From NCBI RefSeq assembly GCF_045037415.1, contig NZ_CP173438.1: DNA of 64,000 bases. One strand, 5' to 3'. Shown piece after piece: positions 46,094 to 58,167 of the stretch. This stretch comes from Escherichia coli. GTDB taxonomy: Bacteria > Pseudomonadota > Gammaproteobacteria > Enterobacterales > Enterobacteriaceae. The notes under the pieces are model-generated. The model ran no database searches. It had not been told where the DNA came from and saw only the letters and a program-made list of their open reading frames with translations. The translations under genes and the position numbers were made by a program. Each line of letters starts with the position of its first letter. The first letter of the stretch is position 1.

Positions 46094-46207
46094 GTCGGAT
46101 GCGCTCCGACCTACATCTGGCAACGGCTGTAGGTCGGATAAGATGCGCCAGCATCGCATCCGACAACAAGCGCCGGATGCGGCGTGAATGCCTTATCCGG
46201 CCTACAT
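46094..46207. repeat. REP element cluster after acs
   Basis: GTCGGATGCGCTCCGACCTAC, GTAGGTCGGATAAGATGCGCCAGCATCGCATCCGAC and GCCGGATGCGGCGTGAATGCCTTATCCGGCCTAC. Confidence 0.85.
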
Positions 46208-46293
46208 TCGGCAAGGGTTACCCAAGCGTTAACCTTCTCCCATAAGGGAGCGGGAATTAAAACAATCCCTACATTACCTCTGGAGAATCTGTG

Positions 46294-48254
<1,961 letters not shown>

Positions 48255-48263
48255 TCTCTCCCC

Positions 48264-48293
48264 TTCCCCGGTCGCTTGATCGGGGAATTTCTT
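48264..48293. terminator. Hairpin between convergent actP and the lrgB-like gene
   Basis: TTCCCCG-gtcgcttgat-CGGGGAA inverted repeat in a 38-bp convergent spacer. Confidence 0.5.
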
Positions 48294-48982
48294 CAGAACA
48301 TCATCCTGGCCACCAGCGGCGAAACCAATACCATCAATACACCTGAAAGCATCATGACCAGGCTTGCAACTACGCCTTCTTGTTGACCCAGTTCATACGA
48401 CCGCGCAGTCCCGGCACCATGAGATGCCGCGCCGAATCCAGCACCTTTCGCCATCCCTTCGCGAATAGAGAGACGTAAAAACAACACGTCGCCAATCGCC
48501 ATGCCAAACACACCGGTGACCACCACAAACAGCGCCACCAGATCAGGCTGTCCGCCGAGCGACTGGCTCGCTGCCAAAGCAAATGGCGTAGTGACCGAAC
48601 GCACCGCCAGGCTACGCTGGATCTCATCTGGCAGGGTAAACAATCGCGCCAGCCACACTGAGCTGGTCACTGCCACCACCGTTGCCGTCAGTACGCCTGC
48701 CGTCAACGACATCCAGTGACGCTTAATGATCGCCCGATTGTCATACACTGGTACCGCAAAGGCGATGGTGGCCGGACCTAATAGCCATAGTAACCAGTGC
48801 GCTTCGCCAATATAGTTTTGCCAGGAAATATTGCCAAAAACCAGCAGCATAACCAGTAGCGTAGGCGTCAGCACCAGAGGCATCAATGGCAATTTACGAA
48901 AGCGGCGATAAAGGCGTTTGTTAAGAAAATAGATAACTAGCGTAATTGCCAGACAGAGCATACTTAGCTGAAAATTAGCCAC
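48293..48982 (-). CDS. LrgB/CidB-family membrane protein (229 aa)
   Basis: Polytopic; LrgB-type translation MANFQLSMLCLAITLVIYFLNKRLYRRFRKLPLMPLVL...; overlaps the upstream lrgA-like gene by 8 nt. Confidence 0.8.
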   Translation of the reverse strand: MANFQLSMLCLAITLVIYFLNKRLYRRFRKLPLMPLVLTPTLLVMLLVFGNISWQNYIGEAHWLLWLLGPATIAFAVPVYDNRAIIKRHWMSLTAGVLTATVVAVTSSVWLARLFTLPDEIQRSLAVRSVTTPFALAASQSLGGQPDLVALFVVVTGVFGMAIGDVLFLRLSIREGMAKGAGFGAASHGAGTARSYELGQQEGVVASLVMMLSGVLMVLVSPLVARMMF

Positions 48983-49385
48983 GGTTTAACCTGCGCATTT
49001 CATAGCGATAGACTTTTTCCACTACCCAGGCAGTCGTGCCCAGCACCATCACCGTACTCAGCGCGATCACAGCAAAAATACGCCAGCCATCCACCAGTAA
49101 TAGTTGTGCATAGTTCACCACAGCCACCACGGCAGGGACAAAAAACAGCAACATTTCGGCCAATAGCCAACGCGCCCCGGCTCGAACCCATTGCAGAGGA
49201 AGAATGCGACAAACAATCAGCGCCAGCATCAGGATCATCCCCACCAGGTTGGCAGGCAGCGGCAAATGCAGCCAGGAGACGAGATACTGCGCAAAAATAA
49301 ATAAACCTGCATACAGCACAACCTGAAAAAATACCTGGATAGATTGCACTACGGCAGGGGTAATGCGGCGAAGCGCCACGGGCAT
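48975..49385 (-). CDS. LrgA/CidA-family holin-like small membrane protein (136 aa)
   Basis: About four TM helices, LrgA-like; distinct from K-12 YohJ as recalled. Confidence 0.75.
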   Translation of the reverse strand: MPVALRRITPAVVQSIQVFFQVVLYAGLFIFAQYLVSWLHLPLPANLVGMILMLALIVCRILPLQWVRAGARWLLAEMLLFFVPAVVAVVNYAQLLLVDGWRIFAVIALSTVMVLGTTAWVVEKVYRYEMRRLNRG

Positions 49386-49446
49386 GAGAGGATATCCTGA
49401 AAATAAAACAGAATGGTAAGTATAGAGAGCGCTCGCCCCTGACTGA

Positions 49447-49463
49447 AATGAATTAAAATCATT
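49447..49463. promoter_or_regulatory. Candidate LysR-type dyad in the divergent lrgA-like/LysR promoter
   Basis: AATGA-ATTAAAA-TCATT inverted repeat in the 103-bp divergent spacer. Confidence 0.35.
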
Positions 49464-49488
49464 GCAGGTATAGTCAAAGGGAATAGTT

Positions 49489-50373
49489 ATGGATATCAGA
49501 ACGCTGCGTTATTTTGTCGAAGTCGTGCGCCAGCAAAGCTTCACCCGCGCAGCGGAGAAGTTGTTTGTCACCCAACCAACTATCAGCAAGATGCTGAAGA
49601 ATCTCGAAGATGAGCTGAACTGTATATTGTTGATCCGCGATGGTCGTCGGCTGCTTCTCACTGATACTGGTCGCGTCGTATTTGAGCGCGGGCTGGCTTT
49701 ACTGGCTGAGTTTCGGCAACTGGAAGCTGAGCTTAGCGATATCAATCAGCTTAAAACCGGCGTTTTGCGGCTGGGAATCCCGCCGATGGTTGGGATGTTG
49801 ATGGCCGGGCCGATTGGCCTTTTTCGCCAGCGTTACCCCGGCGTAGAATTGAAAATTTCGGAGTTTGGTGGTCTGACGGTACAACAAGCGGTGATGAACG
49901 GTGAACTGGATATGGCACTGACAGCCCTGCCAGTAGAAGAAAGCGGCCTGACAACGTTATCGCTGTTTAGTCATCCACTATGTGTACTGACGCCACATTC
50001 AGGTAAATGGCTTGAATGTGATGCCGTCTCACCGGAGACATTGGCGGAACATCCTCTACTTATCTATAACGAAGATTTTGCCTTAAGTAAGCAATTGATG
50101 AAGTTATTCGATGAACATGGCGTTAAGCCGAGAATTGCAGTTCGCAGCGGGCAATGGGATTTTCTCGCCGCGATGGTTCAGGCCGGTGTCGGAATAGCCA
50201 TATTGCCGGAACCCATTTGCCAGCGATTAGATAAAAACACCTTAAAATGGCTACCGCTGGAAAGCGAACTAAGCTGGAAATTAGGAATGATTTGGCGTGA
50301 GGGCGTTTACCTTTCCCACTCTGCCCACGCGTGGCTGAGCTGTTGTGAAGGATACTGGTTAACGCCAGAGTAA
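49489..50373 (+). CDS. LysR-family transcriptional regulator (294 aa)
   Basis: N-terminal HTH (RAAEKLFVTQPTISKMLKNLEDEL) and LysR substrate-binding domain; divergent from the lrgA/B-like pair. Confidence 0.88.
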   Translation: MDIRTLRYFVEVVRQQSFTRAAEKLFVTQPTISKMLKNLEDELNCILLIRDGRRLLLTDTGRVVFERGLALLAEFRQLEAELSDINQLKTGVLRLGIPPMVGMLMAGPIGLFRQRYPGVELKISEFGGLTVQQAVMNGELDMALTALPVEESGLTTLSLFSHPLCVLTPHSGKWLECDAVSPETLAEHPLLIYNEDFALSKQLMKLFDEHGVKPRIAVRSGQWDFLAAMVQAGVGIAILPEPICQRLDKNTLKWLPLESELSWKLGMIWREGVYLSHSAHAWLSCCEGYWLTPE

Positions 50374-50378
50374 GTCGG

Positions 50379-50400
50379 GTTGGCGGGCTCGCCCGCCAAC
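50379..50400. terminator. Bidirectional hairpin between the LysR gene and yjcE
   Basis: GTTGGCGGGC-tc-GCCCGCCAAC perfect 10-bp stem in a 35-bp convergent spacer. Confidence 0.75.
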
Positions 50401-50408
50401 CATGCAGA

Positions 50409-52058
50409 TTACTGATTTTCCTCAATCAGCAACGCTTCAAGCAAATCGAGATCGTGCAGTAATTTTTGCAGCGTTTCGTTACTGATCTCCCGCGTGGCGC
50501 GCAGGTGGTACAGTTCAGCACGTTCAGAACGCAATGCCGCCAGACGGAAGCGACGCTCCAGGTTCTCTTCCAGGATTGAACTTTCTACATCATTACGTCC
50601 ATCGGCGCGACGACGCAGGTTACCAATGACGCGAGAACTAACCTCTGTGAGCAGCTGGTTATCGATATTCTCTTCGGTATCCGCCGCCAAACGCTCCTCC
50701 ATTTTCTGGATCGCCACAATCGCCACTTCTGCCGTTGCCGCTCGTGCAATACGTTCCTCTTTCAATTGTTGCGAATGGTCCGCGACTTCTATGTGTTGTA
50801 GCAGAATAGGCAACATCACCACGCCGACAAACAACGAGAAGAGAATGACGCCAGCCGCCAGGAACACCAACTCATAGCGCGCAGGGAAGACGTTACCATC
50901 CGGCAAGAGAAGCGGGATAGAGAGCACACCGGCCAGAGTGATCGCCCCACGCACCCCGGCGAAAGACGCGATCAGGATTTCTCGTGTAGTCCACGAACCA
51001 AACTCCATCGGCTTCTTCTTCAGGAAGCGGTTGCTGAACTTTTTCATCGTCCACAGCCAGCCGAAACGGACCAGCATCAGCGCCGCATATATCAGAATAA
51101 TATCGGTAAACAGCATCCAGATTTCGACGTTAGGATCGATTTCTGCCGCCATCAGCGACGTCTCCAGAATCCCCGGCAACTGCAGACCTAACAGCAGGAA
51201 CACCATGCCGTTAAAGACAAATTCCAGCATCGCCCAGGTGCTGTTTGCGCGCAGGCGCATTGCCAGCGGCGCACGGCGCATCACACCGGAGCGGGTGATG
51301 GTCATCCCGGCGGCAACCGCAGCGAGGATGCCGGAAACGCCAATATGTTCCGCAATCAGATAAGAAGCGAATGGCAGCAAGAACAGCAGAACGATCTGCG
51401 TCGCGGGTTCATCACCGCCCCAGCGGCTGAGGAATCGCAGCGAGCGACCATACAGCCAGCTCACCACAAAACCGGCGAGAATACCGCCTATTGCCACTTT
51501 CATAAATTCGACCGTCGCACCGCCGACGGTGAAGATCATTGTCCCCATCGCCACTGCCACGGCAAACTTCAACGACACCAGGCCGGAGGCGTCATTCATC
51601 AACGCTTCGCCCTGCAAAATGCCCATGATTTTTTTCGGGATGCGCCCCTCGCCAACAATCCCGGAGAGCGCTACAGCATCGGTCGGAGAAAGCACCGCAG
51701 CCAGCGCAAAGGCGGGGATCAGCGGAATGCCCGGCACCACCCAGTAAATAAGGAAGCCAATGCCGACCACGGTGACCACCACCAGCGCCAGCGCGAGGCC
51801 GAAAATCTCTCGCCCATGTTCGAGAAATTCACGGGTCGGCGTTTTCCAACCATCAGCGAACAGCAACGGCGGGATAAACAAGACTAAAAAGAGTTCAGGA
51901 TCAAACTCCACATGCAAACCAAACGTCGGCCACGCCAGTAGCGCACCGATGGCGATTTGCATAAGCGGAAGCGGGATCTGAAAGGGCATGACACGAGTGA
52001 CCACCCCGGACAGCGAGACCACGAGGGTCATTATCAGTATGGTGAAGAAGATTTCCAT
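50409..52058 (-). CDS. yjcE: YjcE, Na+/H+ exchanger, CPA1 family (549 aa)
   Basis: Polytopic translation MEIFFTILIMTLVVSLSGVVTRVMPFQIPL... Confidence 0.92.
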   Translation of the reverse strand: MEIFFTILIMTLVVSLSGVVTRVMPFQIPLPLMQIAIGALLAWPTFGLHVEFDPELFLVLFIPPLLFADGWKTPTREFLEHGREIFGLALALVVVTVVGIGFLIYWVVPGIPLIPAFALAAVLSPTDAVALSGIVGEGRIPKKIMGILQGEALMNDASGLVSLKFAVAVAMGTMIFTVGGATVEFMKVAIGGILAGFVVSWLYGRSLRFLSRWGGDEPATQIVLLFLLPFASYLIAEHIGVSGILAAVAAGMTITRSGVMRRAPLAMRLRANSTWAMLEFVFNGMVFLLLGLQLPGILETSLMAAEIDPNVEIWMLFTDIILIYAALMLVRFGWLWTMKKFSNRFLKKKPMEFGSWTTREILIASFAGVRGAITLAGVLSIPLLLPDGNVFPARYELVFLAAGVILFSLFVGVVMLPILLQHIEVADHSQQLKEERIARAATAEVAIVAIQKMEERLAADTEENIDNQLLTEVSSRVIGNLRRRADGRNDVESSILEENLERRFRLAALRSERAELYHLRATREISNETLQKLLHDLDLLEALLIEENQ

Positions 52059-52208
52059 GCGTTCCCTGTTTGCGATGTTTTTTATGATCTGAGAAAGGCG
52101 TTATGCCTGAATTCTCATTTTTTCAGAATATCGCAAAAGCTCACACAATGTGCGGAGAAAATAAAAACGGGCAGCCATTGCCACCCGTTTTCAGAATCCT
52201 ATGTAAGA

Positions 52209-53558
52209 TTAGATAGCCCAGCCACCCGCATAGAAGGTCACCAGCGCCACGGCAATAACGACCGTACCGATGTTCAACTTGCGCCATTCGCCGGAAACCA
52301 GACGACCAATCACCAGAGTCGCGAAGCCAATCATGATGCCTGTTACGATGTTACAGGTCAGCACGATGAATACCGCCGTAACCAGACCCGCCATCGCATC
52401 AACAAAATCAGCAAAGTCGATTTTCGCCACGTTGCTCAGCATCAGCAGGCCAACGTACATCAGCGCCGGAGCCGTTGCGTACCCCGGAACGAGGTAAGAG
52501 AGCGGAGAGAGGAACAGAATCAGCAGGAACAGCACGCCAACGGTGATAGCCGTCAAACCGGTTTTACCGCCCGCCGCCGTACCCGCCGCAGACTCGATGT
52601 ATACCGCTGCCGGAGCTGCACCCACCAGGCCAGAAAAAACGCTGCTCATGGAGTCGGTGGTCAGTGCTTTCCCGCCGTCGATGATCTGCCCATCTTTATC
52701 CAGCAGGTTCGCCTGACCGGCGACGGCACGGATAGTTCCGGTGGCATCAAATACTGCCGTCATCACCAGTGCCAGAACACTTGGCAGGACTACAGGATTC
52801 AGCGCGCCCATAATGTCCAGGCTGCCTATCAGTGAATTGCCGTTTTCATCGCTCAATGAAGGCATGGCGAAAACGCCGGAGAAATGGACGTTAGGATCGA
52901 AGATCAAACCGACAATTGAGATACCGATAATGGTCAGCAGAATGCCGCCAGGGACTTTCAGTTTTTCCAGGCCGATAATCACTGCCAGCCCCACCAACGA
53001 CATCATCACCGGAAAGGTCGTAAAATCCCCCAGCGCGACGGGCAGACCATCAAGCGGGTTTTTAATCACCAGACCGACACCATTAGCGGCAATGAGCAGC
53101 AGGAACAGACCGATACCAATCCCCGTGCCGTGCGCCACACCGTGCGGCAAGTTGCGCAAAATCCAGCTACGGATACCCGTGGCAGAAATTACCGTAAACA
53201 GCACACCCATCAGGAACACGGCACCCAGCGCGACAGGTACGCTAATATGTTGCCCCAGCACCAGACTGAATGCGGTAAACGCCGTCAGAGAGATGGCGCA
53301 ACCAATCGCCAACGGCAGATTAGCCCACAGACCCATCACGATAGAACCGAGTCCGGCAACCAGACAGGTTGCAACGAAAACTGCCGCAGGCGGGAAGCCC
53401 GCTTTACCCAACATGCCTGGAACGACGATAACCGAGTAGACCATCGCCAGAAACGTTGTTAACCCGGCAACCACTTCCTGACGGACAGTGCTTCCACGTT
53501 GTGAAATTTTAAACCAGGCGTCGAGTGAACCGCCGGTACGCGCTGATGGCGTAGACAT
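52209..53558 (-). CDS. ghxP: GhxP (YjcD), guanine/hypoxanthine permease, NCS2 family (449 aa)
   Basis: NCS2/AzgA-like translation [41 protein letters not shown]... Confidence 0.92.
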   Translation of the reverse strand: MSTPSARTGGSLDAWFKISQRGSTVRQEVVAGLTTFLAMVYSVIVVPGMLGKAGFPPAAVFVATCLVAGLGSIVMGLWANLPLAIGCAISLTAFTAFSLVLGQHISVPVALGAVFLMGVLFTVISATGIRSWILRNLPHGVAHGTGIGIGLFLLLIAANGVGLVIKNPLDGLPVALGDFTTFPVMMSLVGLAVIIGLEKLKVPGGILLTIIGISIVGLIFDPNVHFSGVFAMPSLSDENGNSLIGSLDIMGALNPVVLPSVLALVMTAVFDATGTIRAVAGQANLLDKDGQIIDGGKALTTDSMSSVFSGLVGAAPAAVYIESAAGTAAGGKTGLTAITVGVLFLLILFLSPLSYLVPGYATAPALMYVGLLMLSNVAKIDFADFVDAMAGLVTAVFIVLTCNIVTGIMIGFATLVIGRLVSGEWRKLNIGTVVIAVALVTFYAGGWAI

Positions 53559-54080
53559 AAGAAAACATCCCCTGAGAGTTTAATTTTCGTCAAGATGCGT
53601 GGCGGACAATCCCCTGCCAGCGAAACGTTATCTTCCTGCTCCAGGTTTGCGACAATTTGCTGCGTCGCAAAAAAAGCAAACGTTTAGCTCCGCGCATACA
53701 AAACGGGTGGTAAAAAAAGCAAACGATTATCCGGCGATCATAGCGGCTTTTTCAACCGAAGTTTGCTGCTTTTTTCTCTTTTATTGTCTTGACGATGAAA
53801 AACCAGGCAATTGATGCGCAAACGTTATCGTCGATGCGCAAGATTGCAGCGTTATCGAGCCGTATACCGTTCAGGATTGCGATAAAAAATCGTCTGAGAT
53901 GACAAAAATATTGCGGCTAAAAAGTGTACTTTTACACTGGCGAAGAAACGCCGGTAACATACAATTAAAGCATCAACACCAACCGGAACCTCCACCACGT
54001 GCTCGAATGAGGTGTGTTGACGTCGGGGGAAACCCTCCTGTGTACCAGCGGGATAGAGAGAAAGACAAAGACCGGAAAAC

Positions 54081-54111
54081 AAACTAAAGCGCCCTTGTGG
54101 CGCTTTAGTTT
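54081..54111. terminator. Hairpin at the 3' end of soxR
   Basis: AAACTAAAGCGCC-cttgt-GGCGCTTTAGTTT 13-bp stem overlapping the soxR stop codon. Confidence 0.6.
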
Positions 54112-54569
54112 TGTTCATCTTCCAGTAAGCGTGCGCCGGTACCTTCTTCTCCTAAGCGGTCGCCCGGGTTACGCAACGGGCAATCACTGCGCGAAAGGCA
54201 GCCACAACCAATACATCCATCCAGTTCGTCACGCAGCGCCACTAAGGTATGAATGCGCCGATCCAACTCTTCTCGCCATTGGGACGAAAGCTGTTTCCAC
54301 TCTTTCGCACTTAACGTATGCCCTTCTGGCAACACGCCAAACGCTTCACGAATGGTTGCGAGCGGAATGCCAATACGCTGAGCAATTTTGATAATTGCGA
54401 CATATCGCAACACATCACGTTTATATCGCCGCTGATTGCCGCTATTACGGATACTGGTAATCAACCCTTTGCTTTCATAGAAATGCAGCGCCGATACCGC
54501 CACACCGCTGCGTTTCGCCACTTCGCCGGGTGTTAGCAGCGCTTTAATGCGGGGTAATTTCTTTTCCAT
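54105..54569 (-). CDS. soxR: SoxR, MerR-family redox-sensing [2Fe-2S] transcriptional activator (154 aa)
   Basis: C-terminal [12 protein letters not shown] cluster motif; N-terminal MerR HTH. Confidence 0.96.
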   Translation of the reverse strand: MEKKLPRIKALLTPGEVAKRSGVAVSALHFYESKGLITSIRNSGNQRRYKRDVLRYVAIIKIAQRIGIPLATIREAFGVLPEGHTLSAKEWKQLSSQWREELDRRIHTLVALRDELDGCIGCGCLSRSDCPLRNPGDRLGEEGTGARLLEDEQN

Positions 54570-54580
54570 AAATCGCTTTA

Positions 54581-54598
54581 CCTCAAGTTAACTTGAGG
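54581..54598. promoter_or_regulatory. SoxR operator (18-bp perfect palindrome) in the soxS promoter
   Basis: CCTCAAGTTAACTTGAGG in the soxR-soxS divergent spacer. Confidence 0.9.
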
Positions 54599-54654
54599 AA
54601 TTATACTCCCCAACAGATGAATTAACGAACTGAACACTGAAAAGAGGCAGATTT

Positions 54655-54978
54655 ATGTCCCATCAGAAAATTATTCAGGATCTTATCGCATGGATTGACG
54701 AGCATATTGACCAGCCGCTTAACATTGATGTCGTCGCAAAAAAATCTGGCTATTCAAAGTGGTACTTGCAACGGATGTTCCGCACGGTGACGCATCAGAC
54801 GCTTGGCGATTACATTCGCCAGCGCCGTCTGTTACTGGCCGCCGTTGAGTTGCGCACCACCGAGCGTCCGATTTTTGATATCGCAATGGACCTGGGTTAT
54901 GTCTCTCAGCAGACCTTCTCCCGCGTTTTCCGTCGGCAGTTTGATCGCACTCCCAGCGATTATCGCCACCGCCTGTAG
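54655..54978 (+). CDS. soxS: SoxS, AraC-family superoxide-response activator (107 aa)
   Basis: Translation MSHQKIIQDLIAWIDEHIDQPLNIDVVAKKSGYSKWYLQRMF... Confidence 0.96.
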   Translation: MSHQKIIQDLIAWIDEHIDQPLNIDVVAKKSGYSKWYLQRMFRTVTHQTLGDYIRQRRLLLAAVELRTTERPIFDIAMDLGYVSQQTFSRVFRRQFDRTPSDYRHRL

Positions 54979-54980
54979 TT

Positions 54981-56567
54981 TTATTGCCCGCGCGTTAATT
55001 CCCGCGCGGGTAATTGCTCCATCCATTGCATAAACACCTGCGGCGGCATCGCCTTCGCGAAGAACCATCCCTGGCAATAGCGCACGCCGCGTTTGCGCAG
55101 CCAGTTAACCTGCGCCTCAGTTTCGACACCTTCAGCAATCGTTTTTAACCCCAGGCTGTGCGCCAGCTCGATGATGTGTTCCGCAATCAAATGACTGGTT
55201 TTGTGGGTGGTCAGCGTCTCAACAAACGATTTATCGATTTTCAAAATATCGACATTCAATGATTTAAGGTTATGCAAGTTAGAGTAGCCAATACCAAAAT
55301 CATCAATTGCCACTTCGTAACCGGCCTTGCGGAAAGCCAGAATAATCGGCGTCATTTTGTCGACATCAAGAAATGCATGTTCAGTCACTTCAAATTTAAT
55401 TTGCTGCGGGCGCACCGCATGTTGCTCTGTTTTCTGATTGGTTCGCGCTATCAACCGTGAGGTATGAAAATCGGAGGCTGACAGGTTAATAGAAACATAG
55501 CGATCGGCATGTGTTGCCAGATACGCGCCCAAATCGCGGAAGACATTATCAATAACATAATCAGTTACCTGTTCGATCATCCCCTCCTTTTCTGCCAGCG
55601 GAATAAACTCTGCCGGATTCATTACTTGCCCCTGCTCACCGGGCCAACGTAACAACGCTTCAGCGCCGATACATTTTTCTGTTTTGATATCGATTATTGG
55701 CTGGTAATAAAGGAAAAGTTGATGTTTTTCGAGGGCGCGTTGCAATTTGCGTTTGGGAGACAAATAGTTTTGTCGAATACGTAGCCAGAGTAATAGCAGA
55801 ACAAGACTCCCCAAAATACCGGCGGGCAACGCAAAAATAAGATGATTATAAAAATGGGTTATAAGACGTTGATATGAAGTCGCAACAATGGCCGCAATTG
55901 GGCGTTTTGTCGAATAAACTGTCGCATATAAATAGCCATTTCGTTGTACGGTTAAATCATTCAAACGAATCAGCGGAGAAAACGTTGCTGCCGAGGCCTC
56001 GTTGCTTAACGAGAAAAAGGTTTTCGTCACCGTATCATACACACCCCATTGCAATGTCGGATCATCAGACATCACTTCACTCCAGAAGAGAGGGTTAATG
56101 ACCGCTACATAATTCCCCCGCTGCATATAGGTCATTTTATAGCCTGAGAAAAAAGGCGTATCACGGTAATAATAGATAGAAACGTTAGGTTCACGCTTAT
56201 AATCGGCCGGTGCAATCGTATAGCCATTTACAGACGCTATCAGCGATGAGCATAAAAAATGGTTATCACGAGCATAAATCAATTCATTAATATAAAGATA
56301 GCCACGAATAATATTCAACATTCGCTTTTGATGGGCTGGAGTGCAAACTTGCCCCTGATAGCGTTCAGCTGCATCGCTCACTAAATCTGCCTGACGAATG
56401 ACCAGCTCAGATTTATCCAACGCCAGCTGAGCAAAAGTTCGGAGCTGATTATTCACTTCTGATTTTGCCCAAAAGAAGGCAATCCATAGCGACAGAATGA
56501 TGGGAAAGAGAACTAAAAAGATAATGCCCGGAAACGCCAGTAATTGGTGTCGTGCACGATGACTCAT
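54981..56567 (-). CDS. pdeC: PdeC (YjcC), membrane c-di-GMP phosphodiesterase with CSS-motif periplasmic and EAL domains (528 aa)
   Basis: Start at MSHRARHQ; EAL-domain signatures in the C-terminal half ([14 protein letters not shown]). Confidence 0.9.
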   Translation of the reverse strand: MSHRARHQLLAFPGIIFLVLFPIILSLWIAFFWAKSEVNNQLRTFAQLALDKSELVIRQADLVSDAAERYQGQVCTPAHQKRMLNIIRGYLYINELIYARDNHFLCSSLIASVNGYTIAPADYKREPNVSIYYYRDTPFFSGYKMTYMQRGNYVAVINPLFWSEVMSDDPTLQWGVYDTVTKTFFSLSNEASAATFSPLIRLNDLTVQRNGYLYATVYSTKRPIAAIVATSYQRLITHFYNHLIFALPAGILGSLVLLLLWLRIRQNYLSPKRKLQRALEKHQLFLYYQPIIDIKTEKCIGAEALLRWPGEQGQVMNPAEFIPLAEKEGMIEQVTDYVIDNVFRDLGAYLATHADRYVSINLSASDFHTSRLIARTNQKTEQHAVRPQQIKFEVTEHAFLDVDKMTPIILAFRKAGYEVAIDDFGIGYSNLHNLKSLNVDILKIDKSFVETLTTHKTSHLIAEHIIELAHSLGLKTIAEGVETEAQVNWLRKRGVRYCQGWFFAKAMPPQVFMQWMEQLPARELTRGQ

Positions 56568-56996
56568 TGCTATCAATTCCCTGCCTGTTTATACCCGGTT
56601 ATTGCAAGGTGAAACCCTGGCTACCGACGTCTTTAGATAAATCTTACGGTATAAATAGCACTTTTGCCTGATATAAAATTGAGAACCTTTTTAATCGTCA
56701 CCAGGATGACGATAATTCATTGATCTTAAAAATTAATCACCTTCAGGAATGCAGAGGCGGCGGGAAGATATACCCTTAATGCCGCTGAAAAAACACATAA
56801 TCTGTACGGCAATAAAAGTCACGGCCTAATCTGGCTAACAAACAACCAATTGTGATATAGTTCACAAAATTCATGAAACAAACAGAGTGTTTCATTTTTG
56901 TGTTCTGCAAGCCCCGCGATAGCCAGAGTGTATCACGCCTCCCGTGAACAACGCCGCGCTGTCCAGGGCATCAGCTCTTTTTCGAGGAATTGTTTG

Positions 56997-57278
56997 ATGG
57001 CTACCCTCACCACTGGCGTGGTTCTTCTTCGCTGGCAACTTCTTAGTGCCGTAATGATGTTTCTGGCCAGCACGCTCAACATCCGTTTTCGTCGGGCTGA
57101 TTATGTCGGGCTTGCAGTGATCAGCAGCGGTTTGGGCGTAGTTTCCGCCTGCTGGTTCGCAATGGGGTTGCTTGGCATCACAATGGCGGATATCACCGCC
57201 ATCTGGCACAACATCGAGTCGGTGATGATAGAAGAGATGAATCAGACACCGCCACAATGGCCAATGATTTTGACTTGA
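56997..57278 (+). CDS. yjcB: YjcB, small inner-membrane protein (93 aa)
   Basis: ATG at 56997 giving MATLTTGVVLLRWQLL...; the six-frame ORF extends 33 codons upstream. Confidence 0.8.
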   Translation: MATLTTGVVLLRWQLLSAVMMFLASTLNIRFRRADYVGLAVISSGLGVVSACWFAMGLLGITMADITAIWHNIESVMIEEMNQTPPQWPMILT

Positions 57279-57284
57279 TATGTA

Positions 57285-57314
57285 GAAGCCTCCATAACGG
57301 AGGCTTCTTTTTTA
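57285..57314 (+). terminator. Intrinsic terminator after yjcB
   Basis: GAAGCCTCC-ataac-GGAGGCTTC followed by TTTTTTAT. Confidence 0.85.
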
Positions 57315-57376
57315 TGGCTGGCAGATGCTTTAATCATCCACCTTAAAACAATATACCCTATTGTTTTAAAGACAAA

Positions 57377-57913
57377 TCAGAACGGAATATCGTCATCAAA
57401 GTCCATCGGCGGCTCGTTAGACGGCGCTGCCGGAGCGGACTGCTGCGGGCGAGACTGCGCGCCGCCGCTGAACTGATTGCCACCCTGCGGCTGCTGAGGC
57501 TGACCCCAACCGCCCTGCGGCTGACCACCACCGATATTGCCACCTGCAGGAGCGCCACCACCCTGACGACCACCCAGCATCTGCATGGTGCCGCCAACGT
57601 TCACCACGACTTCTGTGGTATAGCGATCCTGACCGGATTGATCGGTCCATTTGCGGGTACGCAGCTGACCTTCGATATAAACCTGAGAACCTTTACGCAG
57701 ATATTCGCTGGCTACTTCTGCCAGTTTGCCGAACAGCACAACGCGGTGCCATTCAGTCTGCTCTTTCATCTCGCCGGTGGCTTTATCACGCCAGGATTCG
57801 GAAGTAGCCAGCGTAATGTTGGCAACTGCGCCACCATTTGGCATGTAGCGTACTTCCGGGTCCTGACCCAGATTACCAACGAGAATAACCTTGTTTACGC
57901 CTCTGCTGGCCAT
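57377..57913 (-). CDS. ssb: Ssb, single-stranded DNA-binding protein (178 aa)
   Basis: OB-fold N-terminus, Gly/Gln-rich linker and the C-terminal DFDDDIPF tail. Confidence 0.97.
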   Translation of the reverse strand: MASRGVNKVILVGNLGQDPEVRYMPNGGAVANITLATSESWRDKATGEMKEQTEWHRVVLFGKLAEVASEYLRKGSQVYIEGQLRTRKWTDQSGQDRYTTEVVVNVGGTMQMLGGRQGGGAPAGGNIGGGQPQGGWGQPQQPQGGNQFSGGAQSRPQQSAPAAPSNEPPMDFDDDIPF

Positions 57914-58064
57914 GTTCGTGTCTCCTGAAAAAAAATCGTTCTGAATAAGTGTAAACGCGCGATTGTACCATTACCAATAGCGCTTTTACTATGTTGTGAC
58001 CTCGGTTCCGGGAAACAAACCTGGCCAGACATTGTTACACAACACTCCGGGTAATGCATTCCAA

Positions 58065-58084
58065 TACTGTATATTCATTCAGGT
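58065..58084. promoter_or_regulatory. LexA (SOS) box shared by the divergent uvrA and ssb promoters
   Basis: TACTGTATATTCATTCAGGT fits CTGT-N8-ACAG. Confidence 0.85.
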
Positions 58085-58167
58085 TAATTTGTGTCATAAT
58101 TAACCGTTTGTGATCGCCGGTAGCACCATGCCACCGGGCAAAAAAGCGTTTAATCCGGGAAAGGTGA

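Noticed and set aside
53599-53814. 71-aa ORF in the ghxP leader
   Set aside because: No RBS, A-tract-rich low-complexity sequence, and it overlaps the repeated operator-like motifs; more likely regulatory DNA.
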